A stretch of DNA of 64,000 nt from a virus (lineage: Duplodnaviria > Caudoviricetes), in the IMG/VR virus record IMGVR_UViG_3300027759_003166. One strand, 5' to 3'. The position numbers were made by a program, and so were the translations under genes. Below, one piece after another: positions 1 to 10,379 of this stretch. The notes beneath the pieces were generated by a model, which searched no databases, had not been told where the DNA came from, and worked only from the letters and a program-made list of their open reading frames with translations. Each line of letters opens with the position of its first letter. Positions within the stretch are counted from its first letter, which is position 1.

Positions 1-1
1 T

Positions 2-1990
2 GGAAACAGTTGTACTTTGAATTTTAGTAGATCCAGATAGTGATCCGATTGTAGTAGTTGTAGCAGCACCTGCGATATTAACAGTAGTAGCATTGGTGTT
101 TACTAAATTAAATGTTGTTTGATTTGTGGTAATATCACCACCACGTACTTCAATGTCGCCTAAAATAACTTGATTGCCGCCAACCCATAAGTTCAAACCA
201 ACACCAACACCACCGGCTACTTGTAATGCTCCGGTAATAGTACTTGATGCATTTGTGGTAAGAGTAAATACTCCTCCGCCTGCTGTAAATGTAACAGGTC
301 CAGTAGCGCTCTCTGCCTTAAATTCTGATCCAGATCCAGATAACTGAATAGTGTCAACATATAAAGAATTTGGGCCTAAGAACAAATCAGCAAACGGTAA
401 TAATGCTGTTCCTAATGAAACACTACTATTAGAAGGAATTAAATTGCCACTGAGATTTGTTTGGCCACCAATATAAACATCACCTTGTATTCCAACTCCG
501 CCTGCTACACGCAATGCACCGGTAAGAGTGCTTGATGCAACGGTTGTACTTTGAACTTTTGTATATCCAGATACATCTCCAATGGTAAGTGCTGTTGCCG
601 ATCCTGCAAAATTAACAGTTGTAGCAACGGTGTTTACAAGATTGAATGTAGCTTTATTTGTAATGATGTCTCCACCACGTACATCAATATCACCTAAAAT
701 AACTTGATTGCCGCCTACCCACAAATCTTGACCAATGCCGGCTCCACCTACTATTTGCAATGCTCCAGAAATAGTACTTGTTGCATTTGTTGTACCTGTT
801 AATATTACATTAACTGTACGTAATATTTTTGATGTATAGTCATATCTAAGATTATATGCAAACGCTGTTTTTCCTACATCGGTTTGATAAGGAATCTGCA
901 TATCGTCACCAAATCTAAGATAAGTGGATGTGGTAGCATATTCAACCGGTACAGTAGATAGTGGATACCACGCTGGATTAGTTCCATCAGATGATAATAT
1001 TTGCCCAAACCCACCAATTGGTATAGATGTAGTAACTCCAGATGTACTTTGGTATAAAATAGATCCTGTGGCGCCGCCGGCAATATTTGTTGCAGTTGAT
1101 GTTAATCCTTCTAAATATCCACTAAATGTTGATGCACTAATTACTCCACCAACATATAAATCTTTTCCAATGCCAACACCACCAACAACTTGTAATGCAC
1201 CAGACTGTGCTGTAATTGCTGTATCAGTTCCAGCTACAATTATATTTCCAGTTTTAAATGTTCCGTATGTAGCGGCTGTAAATGTTCCAGTAGTAGATTC
1301 TGCACCAGTATCATACCATTCTAAATATTTTGTATCATTGGCCAATACCAATGCTCCATTTTGGCCAGCGCTATTTGCATAATAATGAAAACGTAAACCA
1401 ATGTCTCTGCCGTCATCTAATGTCCATGCAGCAGTACTAGGTACATGCAATTCTATTAAGTTATCAGTGTAAAATGTGTTGGTACTAAAAACATTAGTTG
1501 TTGCACCACTAAACACTACATCGCTTTGAAATAATGCAGTTCCTGAAACTACCAACGATTTTGCAATACCTACACCACCTGCAACATATAATGCATTATT
1601 GGCCACAGTGCTTGTACTTGTTAAAGTACTTGCCACAACTATATTTTTATTTGCAAGTATGCCGCCTGTAACTTTCAAAGCACCAGAGCCACCTATGGTT
1701 GCTGCTGTAGAATCAGTTATTGATACTACGCCATTTGCGGTTAATGTGGTTAATATTGAATCTCCAGCTACCCTTAAGTCTGCTAGTACAGTACCATTAA
1801 CTGTTATCAAATCTCCCCAAATAGTTGCTGAAGTACCTACAATCAAATTCTTAGCAATAGCTGCGCCACCGGCAACTTGAAAAGTTCCAGTTTGAAAGTT
1901 AAGAACACCCGACGAAGTTGTAACCGTTCCTGTTCCTTGAACAATTAAACCACCTTTGGTTACAAAATCTTCTGTAATTGCTATTGCCAT
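2..1990 (-). CDS. Fibre-like virion structural protein, partial (runs off the window start)
   Basis: ATG at 1990 (MAIAITEDFVTKGGLIVQGTG...). Spot-translated segments in this frame are open. It carries repeated S-T-x-x-G-A-L-x-V-x-G-G-x-G-I motifs and a ~178-aa internal duplication. Absent from the ORF track, consistent with no stop inside the window. Confidence 0.8.
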   Translation of the reverse strand, partial: MAIAITEDFVTKGGLIVQGTGTVTTSSGVLNFQTGTFQVAGGAAIAKNLIVGTSATIWGDLITVNGTVLADLRVAGDSILTTLTANGVVSITDSTAATIGGSGALKVTGGILANKNIVVASTLTSTSTVANNALYVAGGVGIAKSLVVSGTALFQSDVVFSGATTNVFSTNTFYTDNLIELHVPSTAAWTLDDGRDIGLRFHYYANSAGQNGALVLANDTKYLEWYDTGAESTTGTFTAATYGTFKTGNIIVAGTDTAITAQSGALQVVGGVGIGKDLYVGGVISASTFSGYLEGLTSTATNIAGGATGSILYQSTSGVTTSIPIGGFGQILSSDGTNPAWYPLSTVPVEYATTSTYLRFGDDMQIPYQTDVGKTAFAYNLRYDYTSKILRTVNVILTGTTNATSTISGALQIVGGAGIGQDLWVGGNQVILGDIDVRGGDIITNKATFNLVNTVATTVNFAGSATALTIGDVSGYTKVQSTTVASSTLTGALRVAGGVGIQGDVYIGGQTNLSGNLIPSNSSVSLGTALLPFADLFLGPNSLYVDTIQLSGSGSEFKAESATGPVTFTAGGGVFTLTTNASSTITGALQVAGGVGVGLNLWVGGNQVILGDIEVRGGDITTNQTTFNLVNTNATTVNIAGAATTTTIGSLSGSTKIQSTTVS
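159..715. repeat. Intragenic direct repeat, ~534-nt period (CCTAAAATAACTTGATTGCCGCC at 159-181 and 693-715)
   Basis: Identical 23-mer in two copies of the protein repeat ...LWVGGNQVILGDI(D/E)VRGGDI(I/T)TN... Confidence 0.85.
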
Positions 1991-2006
1991 TTTCTTATTC
2001 CTTTAA

Positions 2007-2921
2007 TTAAGCAACCATTGCTGTTCTTAGTACTTTAATTGTTTTTAAACTTCCGTGTTCATTCGGTCCTGCTGGATTAGGAGTAAAAATTAAAGATATC
2101 AATATATTAGGTGCTGTACCGCTACTCTCTGCGCTAAATGTTCCTAATTCACCACCTGTTGTCACTTGCCCGTATTGTGTCATATACGGTGTACCATCGT
2201 TCTTTGCTGTTAATACTATTTCTACAGCATGGAATCTTGATTCATATCCACCTTGATCAACACTTGGTTCAGAAATCTGTATGAAATATTTTGATGATCT
2301 ATAATCACTCAACTGGTATGAATCAATTGTAGAAGATAAAAAATTTGATGAAAAAGATTCAGTAGAGTCAAATACAGTGTCAGCAATTTGTATACTTTCT
2401 GTATTTACCCTTCCTCCAATGCCAACGCCACCAGCAACTACTAGAGCACCAGTATTGATATCAGTTGATACAGTACCATCAGAAATTCTTATTGCATGAG
2501 AAGTTATTGCACCTCGTCCTGTAACGGTTTCTAATGTTGAAGTATTATTAAAAATTAAAGTGTCAAATCCTGATAGTGGATCTGTTTCTTGTCTTATATC
2601 AATATCGACGCCGTCGGCAGCAGTAAGATTAAAACTTGCTGTTGTTAATGCTGGAACACCACCAGAATATATTACTCCACCTATATGTACATCGCCAGCA
2701 ATACCTACTCCGCCCGAGACTATTAATGCACCGGTGTTGGTTGAAACAGAATTAGTAGAGCTAGTAACTGCTAGTATAGGAGCAATAACACTAGTTGCAG
2801 TAGTTGATGCTGTGTCTATTCTCCAAACAATTCCATTCCAGGTATAAGTTTTTGTTGCAGTGACTTGTTTATCACCAACTGCAGGTGTTGGATAAAATGG
2901 AAATCCGTATCGTGTTGTCAT
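2007..2921 (-). CDS. Virion structural/fibre-associated protein
   Basis: 304 aa. Two TGALxVxGGVGI motifs. C-terminal IDSY...YRSSKYFIQI...YMTQYG domain of a type common in T4-like phage structural proteins. Confidence 0.7.
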   Translation of the reverse strand: MTTRYGFPFYPTPAVGDKQVTATKTYTWNGIVWRIDTASTTATSVIAPILAVTSSTNSVSTNTGALIVSGGVGIAGDVHIGGVIYSGGVPALTTASFNLTAADGVDIDIRQETDPLSGFDTLIFNNTSTLETVTGRGAITSHAIRISDGTVSTDINTGALVVAGGVGIGGRVNTESIQIADTVFDSTESFSSNFLSSTIDSYQLSDYRSSKYFIQISEPSVDQGGYESRFHAVEIVLTAKNDGTPYMTQYGQVTTGGELGTFSAESSGTAPNILISLIFTPNPAGPNEHGSLKTIKVLRTAMVA

Positions 2922-2937
2922 GTTATTTTCTCATTTA

Positions 2938-4326
2938 TTAAATTTGTGTAACCTGTAGCCAATAAGCGGAAGTACCATCATATATATAAGTGTTATATGT
3001 TGATGCGGCAGTGTCAATCCATACATCTCCAATTTTAGGATCAAGAGGAGGATATGTTGCAGCTACATATACCCGAGGGCTATATAATAAGAAATCTTCG
3101 TCAGGGTTACCAGTACTACTATATATTTTTCCTGTAACACCAATACCACCTATAACAGTAAGTGCTCCAGTGGTAGTTGATACAGCATCTTGACCTTGTC
3201 CTACTCGAGCATCAGAATAAAATGTTACAAGGCCATTACCATCACTGTAAATTACTCCTCCAATGCCAATTTGATTATCTACTCCATCAACAATTAGTTC
3301 GCTGCCAATTGCAATAATTCCGCTGGCGTTAATTACGTTATTTCCTACATCATTGCCTAAGAAAAAGTTATTAGATCCCGTAGTTAAATCTCTAGCTGTT
3401 CTATTTCCAATAAAGAAATTATATTCACCATCTACCAGAGCCGGTGCTGTATCATTTCCTAAGGCAAAATTATTATTACTAGACACTACTCTGCGAAGAT
3501 CACCGCTACTGGTATATGTGGTATATGCAGTTCCGTCAACTGATGCAGTTACAAGAAGGTCGGTATATAAAGCTAGTCTGGTTGAATTAATAACTTTGAC
3601 ATAATATTCTAAGTCATTCAATTCAACCATACCTTGAACATTTTGAATAAGAACATTAGTTCCAGTTTGTAAATTATGTCCTGCTACAGTTATTACAACA
3701 GGATTTGTGTTAGTTGCACTGGTTATTGAACCGATAGGTAAAGAGTGAATTTTACCAAGATTTTCCATTGATCTATTACCGATTGCAATGCTGTCAGAAA
3801 TATTAGTACCAGTACTAAATGAATAAGAACCAATTGCAATACTTCTACGTGCTGTACTTAAACTTTGTAAAGCATCGTATCCTATAACAATATTTTCTTC
3901 GCCAGGTGTATATCCATTTGTTGTATCTGCTGTACCTATTATGGCAATATTATTTTTGCCCATATAACCTTTACCAAAAGTTATATCATTAACATTAATG
4001 TCATCTTTAACCCATAAATTTTGTCCAATACCAACTCCACCTGTAACTACTAATGTTCCAGTGGCTGTACTAGTTGATACTGATACTGTTCCTGTAGCAA
4101 GTATGGTAATTGTTCCTGTATTTTGATTACTATACATTGTTGATTGACCAAACTCAATATTACCTAAACTAGATGTATATGTAGTTTGTAATAGATCGTT
4201 AGTGACTAAGGTAAAGCCAGTGTTAGTGGAAGAGGTTGCAGGTAGCTGAGGTTGAGCGTTTGCTAGTGGTAAAAATTCGCCACTACCTCCGCTTCTTAAT
4301 TTTGATCCACTTAATAAAATAGCCAT
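2938..4326 (-). CDS. Fibre-like virion protein
   Basis: 462 aa. TGxLxVxGGxG motifs, NxAIG/NFxIG beta-roll-like repeats, C-terminal PKIGDVWID motif typical of fibres. Confidence 0.7.
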   Translation of the reverse strand: MAILLSGSKLRSGGSGEFLPLANAQPQLPATSSTNTGFTLVTNDLLQTTYTSSLGNIEFGQSTMYSNQNTGTITILATGTVSVSTSTATGTLVVTGGVGIGQNLWVKDDINVNDITFGKGYMGKNNIAIIGTADTTNGYTPGEENIVIGYDALQSLSTARRSIAIGSYSFSTGTNISDSIAIGNRSMENLGKIHSLPIGSITSATNTNPVVITVAGHNLQTGTNVLIQNVQGMVELNDLEYYVKVINSTRLALYTDLLVTASVDGTAYTTYTSSGDLRRVVSSNNNFALGNDTAPALVDGEYNFFIGNRTARDLTTGSNNFFLGNDVGNNVINASGIIAIGSELIVDGVDNQIGIGGVIYSDGNGLVTFYSDARVGQGQDAVSTTTGALTVIGGIGVTGKIYSSTGNPDEDFLLYSPRVYVAATYPPLDPKIGDVWIDTAASTYNTYIYDGTSAYWLQVTQI

Positions 4327-4338
4327 ATTAATCTCTCT

Positions 4339-4755
4339 TTATGTATTTGCTGTTTCTAATACGCTCAATACTAGTTGAAGTGTACCTGTGCTATTATTAC
4401 TATATGCGCGGATACTATCTAATTGTTCTAAAATTAATTTACCAGTTAGAACTGATGCAGAATCACCTGCCGGAATTGCAAAGTTTTTGGCTAAGAAACT
4501 ATCTATATTTCCAGATTGAGATCCGTTGCCTTGGGCATCGGCTAATACTGGTCTATTTCTATGATGCATAAAATTACAATATTGTGTTTGTGTACTAATG
4601 TTGGCTACTTGGGCCATTAATATAATAGCAGTGGTTCCAATTGGAGCTGTGTAAACTGTAGACGTAGTTTTTCCAACACCCCAGCTGGTGTATGCCGTCG
4701 ACGATGTCAACATTGTTGTTTTTGTTTTAAATGTGTTTAATGGAATTAACGCCAT
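4339..4755 (-). CDS. Hypothetical protein, probably structural
   Basis: 138-aa ORF with an AAGGA Shine-Dalgarno, co-oriented within the structural cluster. Confidence 0.65.
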   Translation of the reverse strand: MALIPLNTFKTKTTMLTSSTAYTSWGVGKTTSTVYTAPIGTTAIILMAQVANISTQTQYCNFMHHRNRPVLADAQGNGSQSGNIDSFLAKNFAIPAGDSASVLTGKLILEQLDSIRAYSNNSTGTLQLVLSVLETANT

Positions 4756-4766
4756 GATTTATCCTT

Positions 4767-7700
4767 TTATATTACTCCGCCGCCTTCAATTGCCAGAATG
4801 AACGGAGTCATATTAGCAAATAAAGATTTTGTAAATGTTCTACCACTTAGAACACCTGTTGCTTGACTGATTACCAATCCTGGACCAATTCGGAAGTCTC
4901 CGTTTTGGTCAGTTGAAGTAAAGAATACTTTACCACTGTCTAACTGTACAACTTCTTTACCTTGTACAGGATCAGCAACACCACGCTGTGGTAGTGCTCC
5001 ATAATTAGTACCAGCACCTACATATTCAAATACATATCCACTTGCACTGATGTAACTACGTTGATAGAAGTTTACAGTTGAGCCGTCTGGGAACAGATCA
5101 GTTCTTGTTACATTTTCACCAAGTTGAACTATGTGATGTGTATTGTTTCTTGACCAATAACTTAGGCCAGACATAACACTATTATATCTTCCACCTGTTT
5201 CGATATCATAAATCAATCTTTGTAGAATTAATTTTACATCACGTTGACATTTGTAATCATCATAAACTAAACTTGGATTAGCTATTTGTACACGGGCAGT
5301 AATTTCATCAGCTAAGAATTCAATATTAGCCTTAATCAATGTAATTGCACTACCTCCGCCCTGTACAGCTGGCCCAGATTTAGTTCTTTGACTTGGTTTA
5401 ATTACTAACTCAGCAGCAGCTAAATCAGCAGCACCAACAATATTTTTTGTTTCGTTAAATCTTAAATCAATAAACGATTTTGCTGCAAGTCCACCTGTCA
5501 CTAATGGAATTGTAGTTTGATATGTAGGTACACCATTATTAGTTGAACCTGTTTGTAATCTTGTAACTGTTTGATTATCAATAACCTGATTAACCAATGT
5601 ATTCAAATCAGTTAATGATTGGATGTGTTCTGCAATTTGAGAAACGCCACCTGTAGCTGCTGCTGATAATAAATTAATACCGTTTGTTTTAGGATTATCA
5701 CCTACTTCGCTACTCAATACAGTATAGTAAGAATTTCCGCAAAAATATAGGTCAAAATAGTTATTATTATAACTATTTAAGGTGTTTCCAGGGTCAAACC
5801 CGCCACTTGTTAGTGCATAATTTAATGTAACACTCTGATACCCTAATGCAGTTACAATTGTTCCTTCTGCTGAATATAACAACCCATTTGTACCAGTTTG
5901 ACTTCCGTATTGATCACGCACATATAAACTATTTCCTATTGCAATGCCAGTAGTGTCAATACCTGTTATTGTAATACTGCTAGTTGTCAATGTTCCTGTA
6001 TTAGGAGAAGCATTTAAAAAGCCAGGGAAACCTTGGTCGTTGGTATATGGAACTATATTACCTTCAAAATTCTTAAATGTTTCTGGAGGTATTACTTCCA
6101 TAACCAATGATATATGTGGACGATCATCTATATCAGGAATGAATACTCTTACTCTACCATTGTTTGGCCAGAATCCATTTGGATAATACTGATTTAGATC
6201 TGCATCATCTGGATATGCTTTAAATGAAGGATTGTAAAGTGTTCCACTAAACTTACGTGATCCATACCCAGTTGATAATAAACAAATATCACCAAAGTTA
6301 GCATTGCTGTTAACAATACTTGCAATTCCACCGTTGTCAGTTTGAACACCCACTGAACAGAAAATTGTGAATACAGAAACTAACTGTGCATACCCGTCGT
6401 TGGTAATACGCACACCTCGTCCGCCTTGATTAACTTGAGTAAACGCATCATAAACAAAAGATTGGATAGGACTACGAGTACTAATTACTGCACCGTCAAC
6501 TAAACTTCCTCCCATACTACCAATTGGATCAACTTTACGACGATTCCATGTAGTAGACTTACCTGTATATTCTAAACTCAATGCTTCTACTTCTGAATCA
6601 CGTTTAGGATATATCAATGTATCACCAAAATATAATGTAGCGTTGGTTCCTGATCCAATAGTCGGAGCACTTAGTCCAATCAAATATTGATTTCCACTAA
6701 TTCCTACCACTGAAGTAACAGTAGGAGCAATTTTTACATCAGACCCATTAAGACCAGTTAGTGCAAAGATGCCACCACCTGCATACACTGGAGGTGCATA
6801 TAATGGTCCTCTTTCAATTATATCAGTAATAATTCCAAAATTACGAGTTACAGCTTCTTGAGGCATATAGTCGCCGCCATAATCAAAGAAGTGATTAATA
6901 ACTTGTGGTGTTGTTGTTTGATCTTGCGGAGTTACTGTAGTGTTGGCAATAATTTGTAAAGCAATATCTCTGGCATAATTAATTGCCATTGTAGTTGTTG
7001 TTTCTTGACCAGCAACTTGATTATAACCAAAATTCCAGTATGCTAATCCTGCTTCAACAGATTTCTGATTGCCGCCTAATAAAATATCCTGACTAACAGC
7101 ATCAACAATTAATCCTGTATCTCTGTAGCATAATGCTTCGTTATAATTGAATCTACCTGGATTATATGTTTGATCAATATATGTAATTACTTCTTCAACA
7201 ATAAATTGTTTATTGGCCATTAATCTATTATAGGCATTAATAATATTAGCATTAGTGCTTCTAGTAGTATAATAAATTGGTAAAGGAGAAGCAACTGCAT
7301 TAGTAGCGGCATCAATAATACTATTAATAATAGTTACTTTTCCATTTAATATCGCAGCTTCTGTGCTAGTTGCTGGAGAGTCTGTAGTATCTTGTTTTAC
7401 AGATGATTGCATTGCAGATACTAAAATGTTTTGAACTACACTTTGTGCAATAGTTGATAGATAATTAAATGCATCTTTAGTTTGAGTTTCTTGGTTATGT
7501 ATGCTAGAAGAAGAACTATTTCTGAATGAGAAATAATAAACTCCTGCTTGTATACTTTGACGATTCCCGCCATTTAACAAATCAAATGATATACACTCAA
7601 TAATAGAAATTACATCTCGTTGGCAAGTTGCTTCAGTATAGTTTGAAAATTCTAATCCGCCGTCAACAATGGCTGCTTGTACATAAGCATTTACTTCATC

Positions 7701-10352
7701 AGCCATATAGTTTTTATTTGCTTGTAATAATTCTACAGCATTTTTAATACTAATAAGATTGCTTGGATCACCATTAGGAATAATACTATCTGTCCAAGTG
7801 GTGTTTACTCCGCTAAGAATATCTATTATTAGATCAAACAATGATCTAATAATAACAACTTCACTGGCAGTAGCTGATTCTTTAGTAGTATCTTGTGTTA
7901 TCAATGAATGACTACCTAACCATGCTGTTTTATCAGAAAATCTTTCAACTAAATCATCAGCAGTTTGAATATTTTGTATAATTTTAACTGACAATTCTTT
8001 TAAGTATCGTATAGCACTTGTAGTAGTTGTTAATTCATTGGCAATACCAGGAACGTATCCATTCTTATTCCAATATTGTAATCCAGCAAAATTACTTTGT
8101 GTTGTACTTCCATATAACAAATCTATAGCAATAGAATCAATAATTAATCCAGTATCTCTACGACATTTAATTTCACTATATGGAAATCCTCCGCTACCGT
8201 AGATAATATCGTTGATATAATTTATAGTATCTTCTTGAATAAATTTTCTATTAGCCTGCATTAATATTTCAGCACTAACAAAAGCAGCATCAGGACCTGT
8301 GCTCTTATAAACACTAGGAGCAGAACTAGGTCCATTGTTAATTATATTAGTGATAATTCCAAATAGACTTGTTATTGAATCATTTGATACATCGCCGTTA
8401 ATTAATACAGTGTTCTTAACTTGTGTATATGTGCCGCCTGCTATAGTAGGAGAGCAAGTAGTATTTGTTATAACTTCTAAACAACGATCACGTAGATATT
8501 CTATAGCATTGGTAGTTTGAAGTTCTTGCCCTGCAATTAAACTAATTACTCCATTGTAATATGCTAAACCACTATCAACTGATTTTTCATTGCCGCCAAA
8601 TGTAGCATCATATGCTACATTCTCAACTAATATACCAACATCTCTACGGCATTTTTCTTGATTATAGGTAAAATTAGTCCATATACCGGTGTTGTTTAAT
8701 ATTTGTTGATTAATGTACTTAACAACTTGTTCTTGTAAGAATGGTTTGTTAGCCAACAACAATGTACGAGCATTAAAGAATCCTGGATTTTGTTGCCCAG
8801 CATTAATGGTCATACCTTGAACAATTGTTCCTATACTAGTATTCACTACAATAGTAGTAGTACTAGCTGCCCACGTACCTGTACCTACAGCAGATGGTAT
8901 TTGTACTGTTTGATTTGGTACAAATAATGTACCATCTTTTAACCATGGTCCACTTTGATTTGTACAGTTTTGAACATATGGTGAATGAAATAAGTCGATA
9001 CGATCTTCGCCAGTTAACGGAGGAAACGCTGTTGCATATGCGCCGCGATTATGATCTTTATCATAAACACCTTCTAATAATCCACTACGTCCATTAATGA
9101 ATGTCATGTAGTTAAGATAACATCCGCTGTCAAGATGAAATAAGTCTTGTGTTTTATTGATAGGTTCAATAAATGTTGTACGAATATCGCTGCCTCTAAC
9201 ACTGGTATATGGTTTTAATCTTAGAGGATTGTCTTCTAAATAATGTCCAGGGCTGACTAAAATTTGTGTACCTGGTTGATAGTATGGGCTATTAATTGCT
9301 GCTCCAATTGTACGGCAAGCACGACTAGCATCCATAGCTCTACCATCATTAGTGTCATTACCATCAACTGTAACATAAAGAACATTTGTAACTACCGGTG
9401 CTGTACCAATTGGGCTATTGCCACGAACTCTAATATCACCATAAATGTCTGTCACTCCGCCTTCAGGTTTAATTTCAATTGTACCAGTAGTGGATGTAAG
9501 TAATTTAGTATAGATATCATGTATATGTGCTTCGGCCCATTGTGTTGATGTATGTCCAATTTTTCCTGTAAGATCATCTGCAGGAAGTATAGATCCACCA
9601 ATTGTCATTGTACCTGCAATGCCTACTCCGCCACTAACAACTAATGCTCCTGTTTGTGTACTAGTAGACATATCAGTTTCTGCAACTAATATTCTGTCAG
9701 TGCTAATTCTACCAAAGAATGGATTATAAGTTAATCCAGAAGAACTAGTTGATCTAACAGATGTACTAGTTGTATCAATATATAATGAACTTTGATCATC
9801 TAATGGAAATTCTCTACTAACAAAAGAGAGATTATATTCAACTGATTCGTTGGTGTTTGTGAATACAATATATGTTGTAGTATTAGAAAATTCAATTCTA
9901 CCGTATATGTGGCCGCCGACATTTAAGTCTTTTTCAACACCTAGGCCGCCTTCTACATATATTGCTGCTTTTTTTCTATTTTCAGTACTATCATATAATC
10001 CGTCCCACAACCAGGAAGAAGGTGCATTGCCTCCAGTAAATGGTGCATATGGTTTGCCATTATTTCCAACGTTTTCCGTACTAGTTATTGTTGCGGTACT
10101 GACATACAAACTTTTCCAAACGTTAGATGATGTTCCTAAATTGTATATGGTTGAAGTTGTAGGAACTAAATCATCTTTAAATGTAGCATTAACAGATATC
10201 AAGTGATTGCTAAAATCTGTGCCTAATACTATATTTTTAGCATTTACCGTTACCGTTGATGCGGTCAATGTTATAGCACCTGATGCATTATTGGCCACAC
10301 CATTGGCTACAATTTTATAATTACCTGGTAAATTTAATACGTTAGTTGTCAT
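4767..10352 (-). CDS. Large virion structural protein: beta-helix (pectin-lyase-like) domain with inserted CxRD helical repeats
   Basis: 1861 aa. VLYVTVDGNDTNDG...SPGHYLEDNPL...VRGSDIR and SPYVQNCT / DAFTQVNQGGRG...GYAQLVSVFTIFC segments, plus five CxRD..GG repeats. Confidence 0.8.
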   Translation of the reverse strand: MTTNVLNLPGNYKIVANGVANNASGAITLTASTVTVNAKNIVLGTDFSNHLISVNATFKDDLVPTTSTIYNLGTSSNVWKSLYVSTATITSTENVGNNGKPYAPFTGGNAPSSWLWDGLYDSTENRKKAAIYVEGGLGVEKDLNVGGHIYGRIEFSNTTTYIVFTNTNESVEYNLSFVSREFPLDDQSSLYIDTTSTSVRSTSSSGLTYNPFFGRISTDRILVAETDMSTSTQTGALVVSGGVGIAGTMTIGGSILPADDLTGKIGHTSTQWAEAHIHDIYTKLLTSTTGTIEIKPEGGVTDIYGDIRVRGNSPIGTAPVVTNVLYVTVDGNDTNDGRAMDASRACRTIGAAINSPYYQPGTQILVSPGHYLEDNPLRLKPYTSVRGSDIRTTFIEPINKTQDLFHLDSGCYLNYMTFINGRSGLLEGVYDKDHNRGAYATAFPPLTGEDRIDLFHSPYVQNCTNQSGPWLKDGTLFVPNQTVQIPSAVGTGTWAASTTTIVVNTSIGTIVQGMTINAGQQNPGFFNARTLLLANKPFLQEQVVKYINQQILNNTGIWTNFTYNQEKCRRDVGILVENVAYDATFGGNEKSVDSGLAYYNGVISLIAGQELQTTNAIEYLRDRCLEVITNTTCSPTIAGGTYTQVKNTVLINGDVSNDSITSLFGIITNIINNGPSSAPSVYKSTGPDAAFVSAEILMQANRKFIQEDTINYINDIIYGSGGFPYSEIKCRRDTGLIIDSIAIDLLYGSTTQSNFAGLQYWNKNGYVPGIANELTTTTSAIRYLKELSVKIIQNIQTADDLVERFSDKTAWLGSHSLITQDTTKESATASEVVIIRSLFDLIIDILSGVNTTWTDSIIPNGDPSNLISIKNAVELLQANKNYMADEVNAYVQAAIVDGGLEFSNYTEATCQRDVISIIECISFDLLNGGNRQSIQAGVYYFSFRNSSSSSIHNQETQTKDAFNYLSTIAQSVVQNILVSAMQSSVKQDTTDSPATSTEAAILNGKVTIINSIIDAATNAVASPLPIYYTTRSTNANIINAYNRLMANKQFIVEEVITYIDQTYNPGRFNYNEALCYRDTGLIVDAVSQDILLGGNQKSVEAGLAYWNFGYNQVAGQETTTTMAINYARDIALQIIANTTVTPQDQTTTPQVINHFFDYGGDYMPQEAVTRNFGIITDIIERGPLYAPPVYAGGGIFALTGLNGSDVKIAPTVTSVVGISGNQYLIGLSAPTIGSGTNATLYFGDTLIYPKRDSEVEALSLEYTGKSTTWNRRKVDPIGSMGGSLVDGAVISTRSPIQSFVYDAFTQVNQGGRGVRITNDGYAQLVSVFTIFCSVGVQTDNGGIASIVNSNANFGDICLLSTGYGSRKFSGTLYNPSFKAYPDDADLNQYYPNGFWPNNGRVRVFIPDIDDRPHISLVMEVIPPETFKNFEGNIVPYTNDQGFPGFLNASPNTGTLTTSSITITGIDTTGIAIGNSLYVRDQYGSQTGTNGLLYSAEGTIVTALGYQSVTLNYALTSGGFDPGNTLNSYNNNYFDLYFCGNSYYTVLSSEVGDNPKTNGINLLSAAATGGVSQIAEHIQSLTDLNTLVNQVIDNQTVTRLQTGSTNNGVPTYQTTIPLVTGGLAAKSFIDLRFNETKNIVGAADLAAAELVIKPSQRTKSGPAVQGGGSAITLIKANIEFLADEITARVQIANPSLVYDDYKCQRDVKLILQRLIYDIETGGRYNSVMSGLSYWSRNNTHHIVQLGENVTRTDLFPDGSTVNFYQRSYISASGYVFEYVGAGTNYGALPQRGVADPVQGKEVVQLDSGKVFFTSTDQNGDFRIGPGLVISQATGVLSGRTFTKSLFANMTPFILAIEGGGVI

Positions 10353-10369
10353 TCTCTGATCCTCAGATA

Positions 10370-10376
10370 TATTTAT
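10370..10376 (-). promoter_or_regulatory. T4-type late promoter core ATAAATA
   Basis: ~20 nt upstream of the 10352 start; resembles the T4 gp55-dependent TATAAATA. Confidence 0.55.
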
Positions 10377-10379
10377 TTG

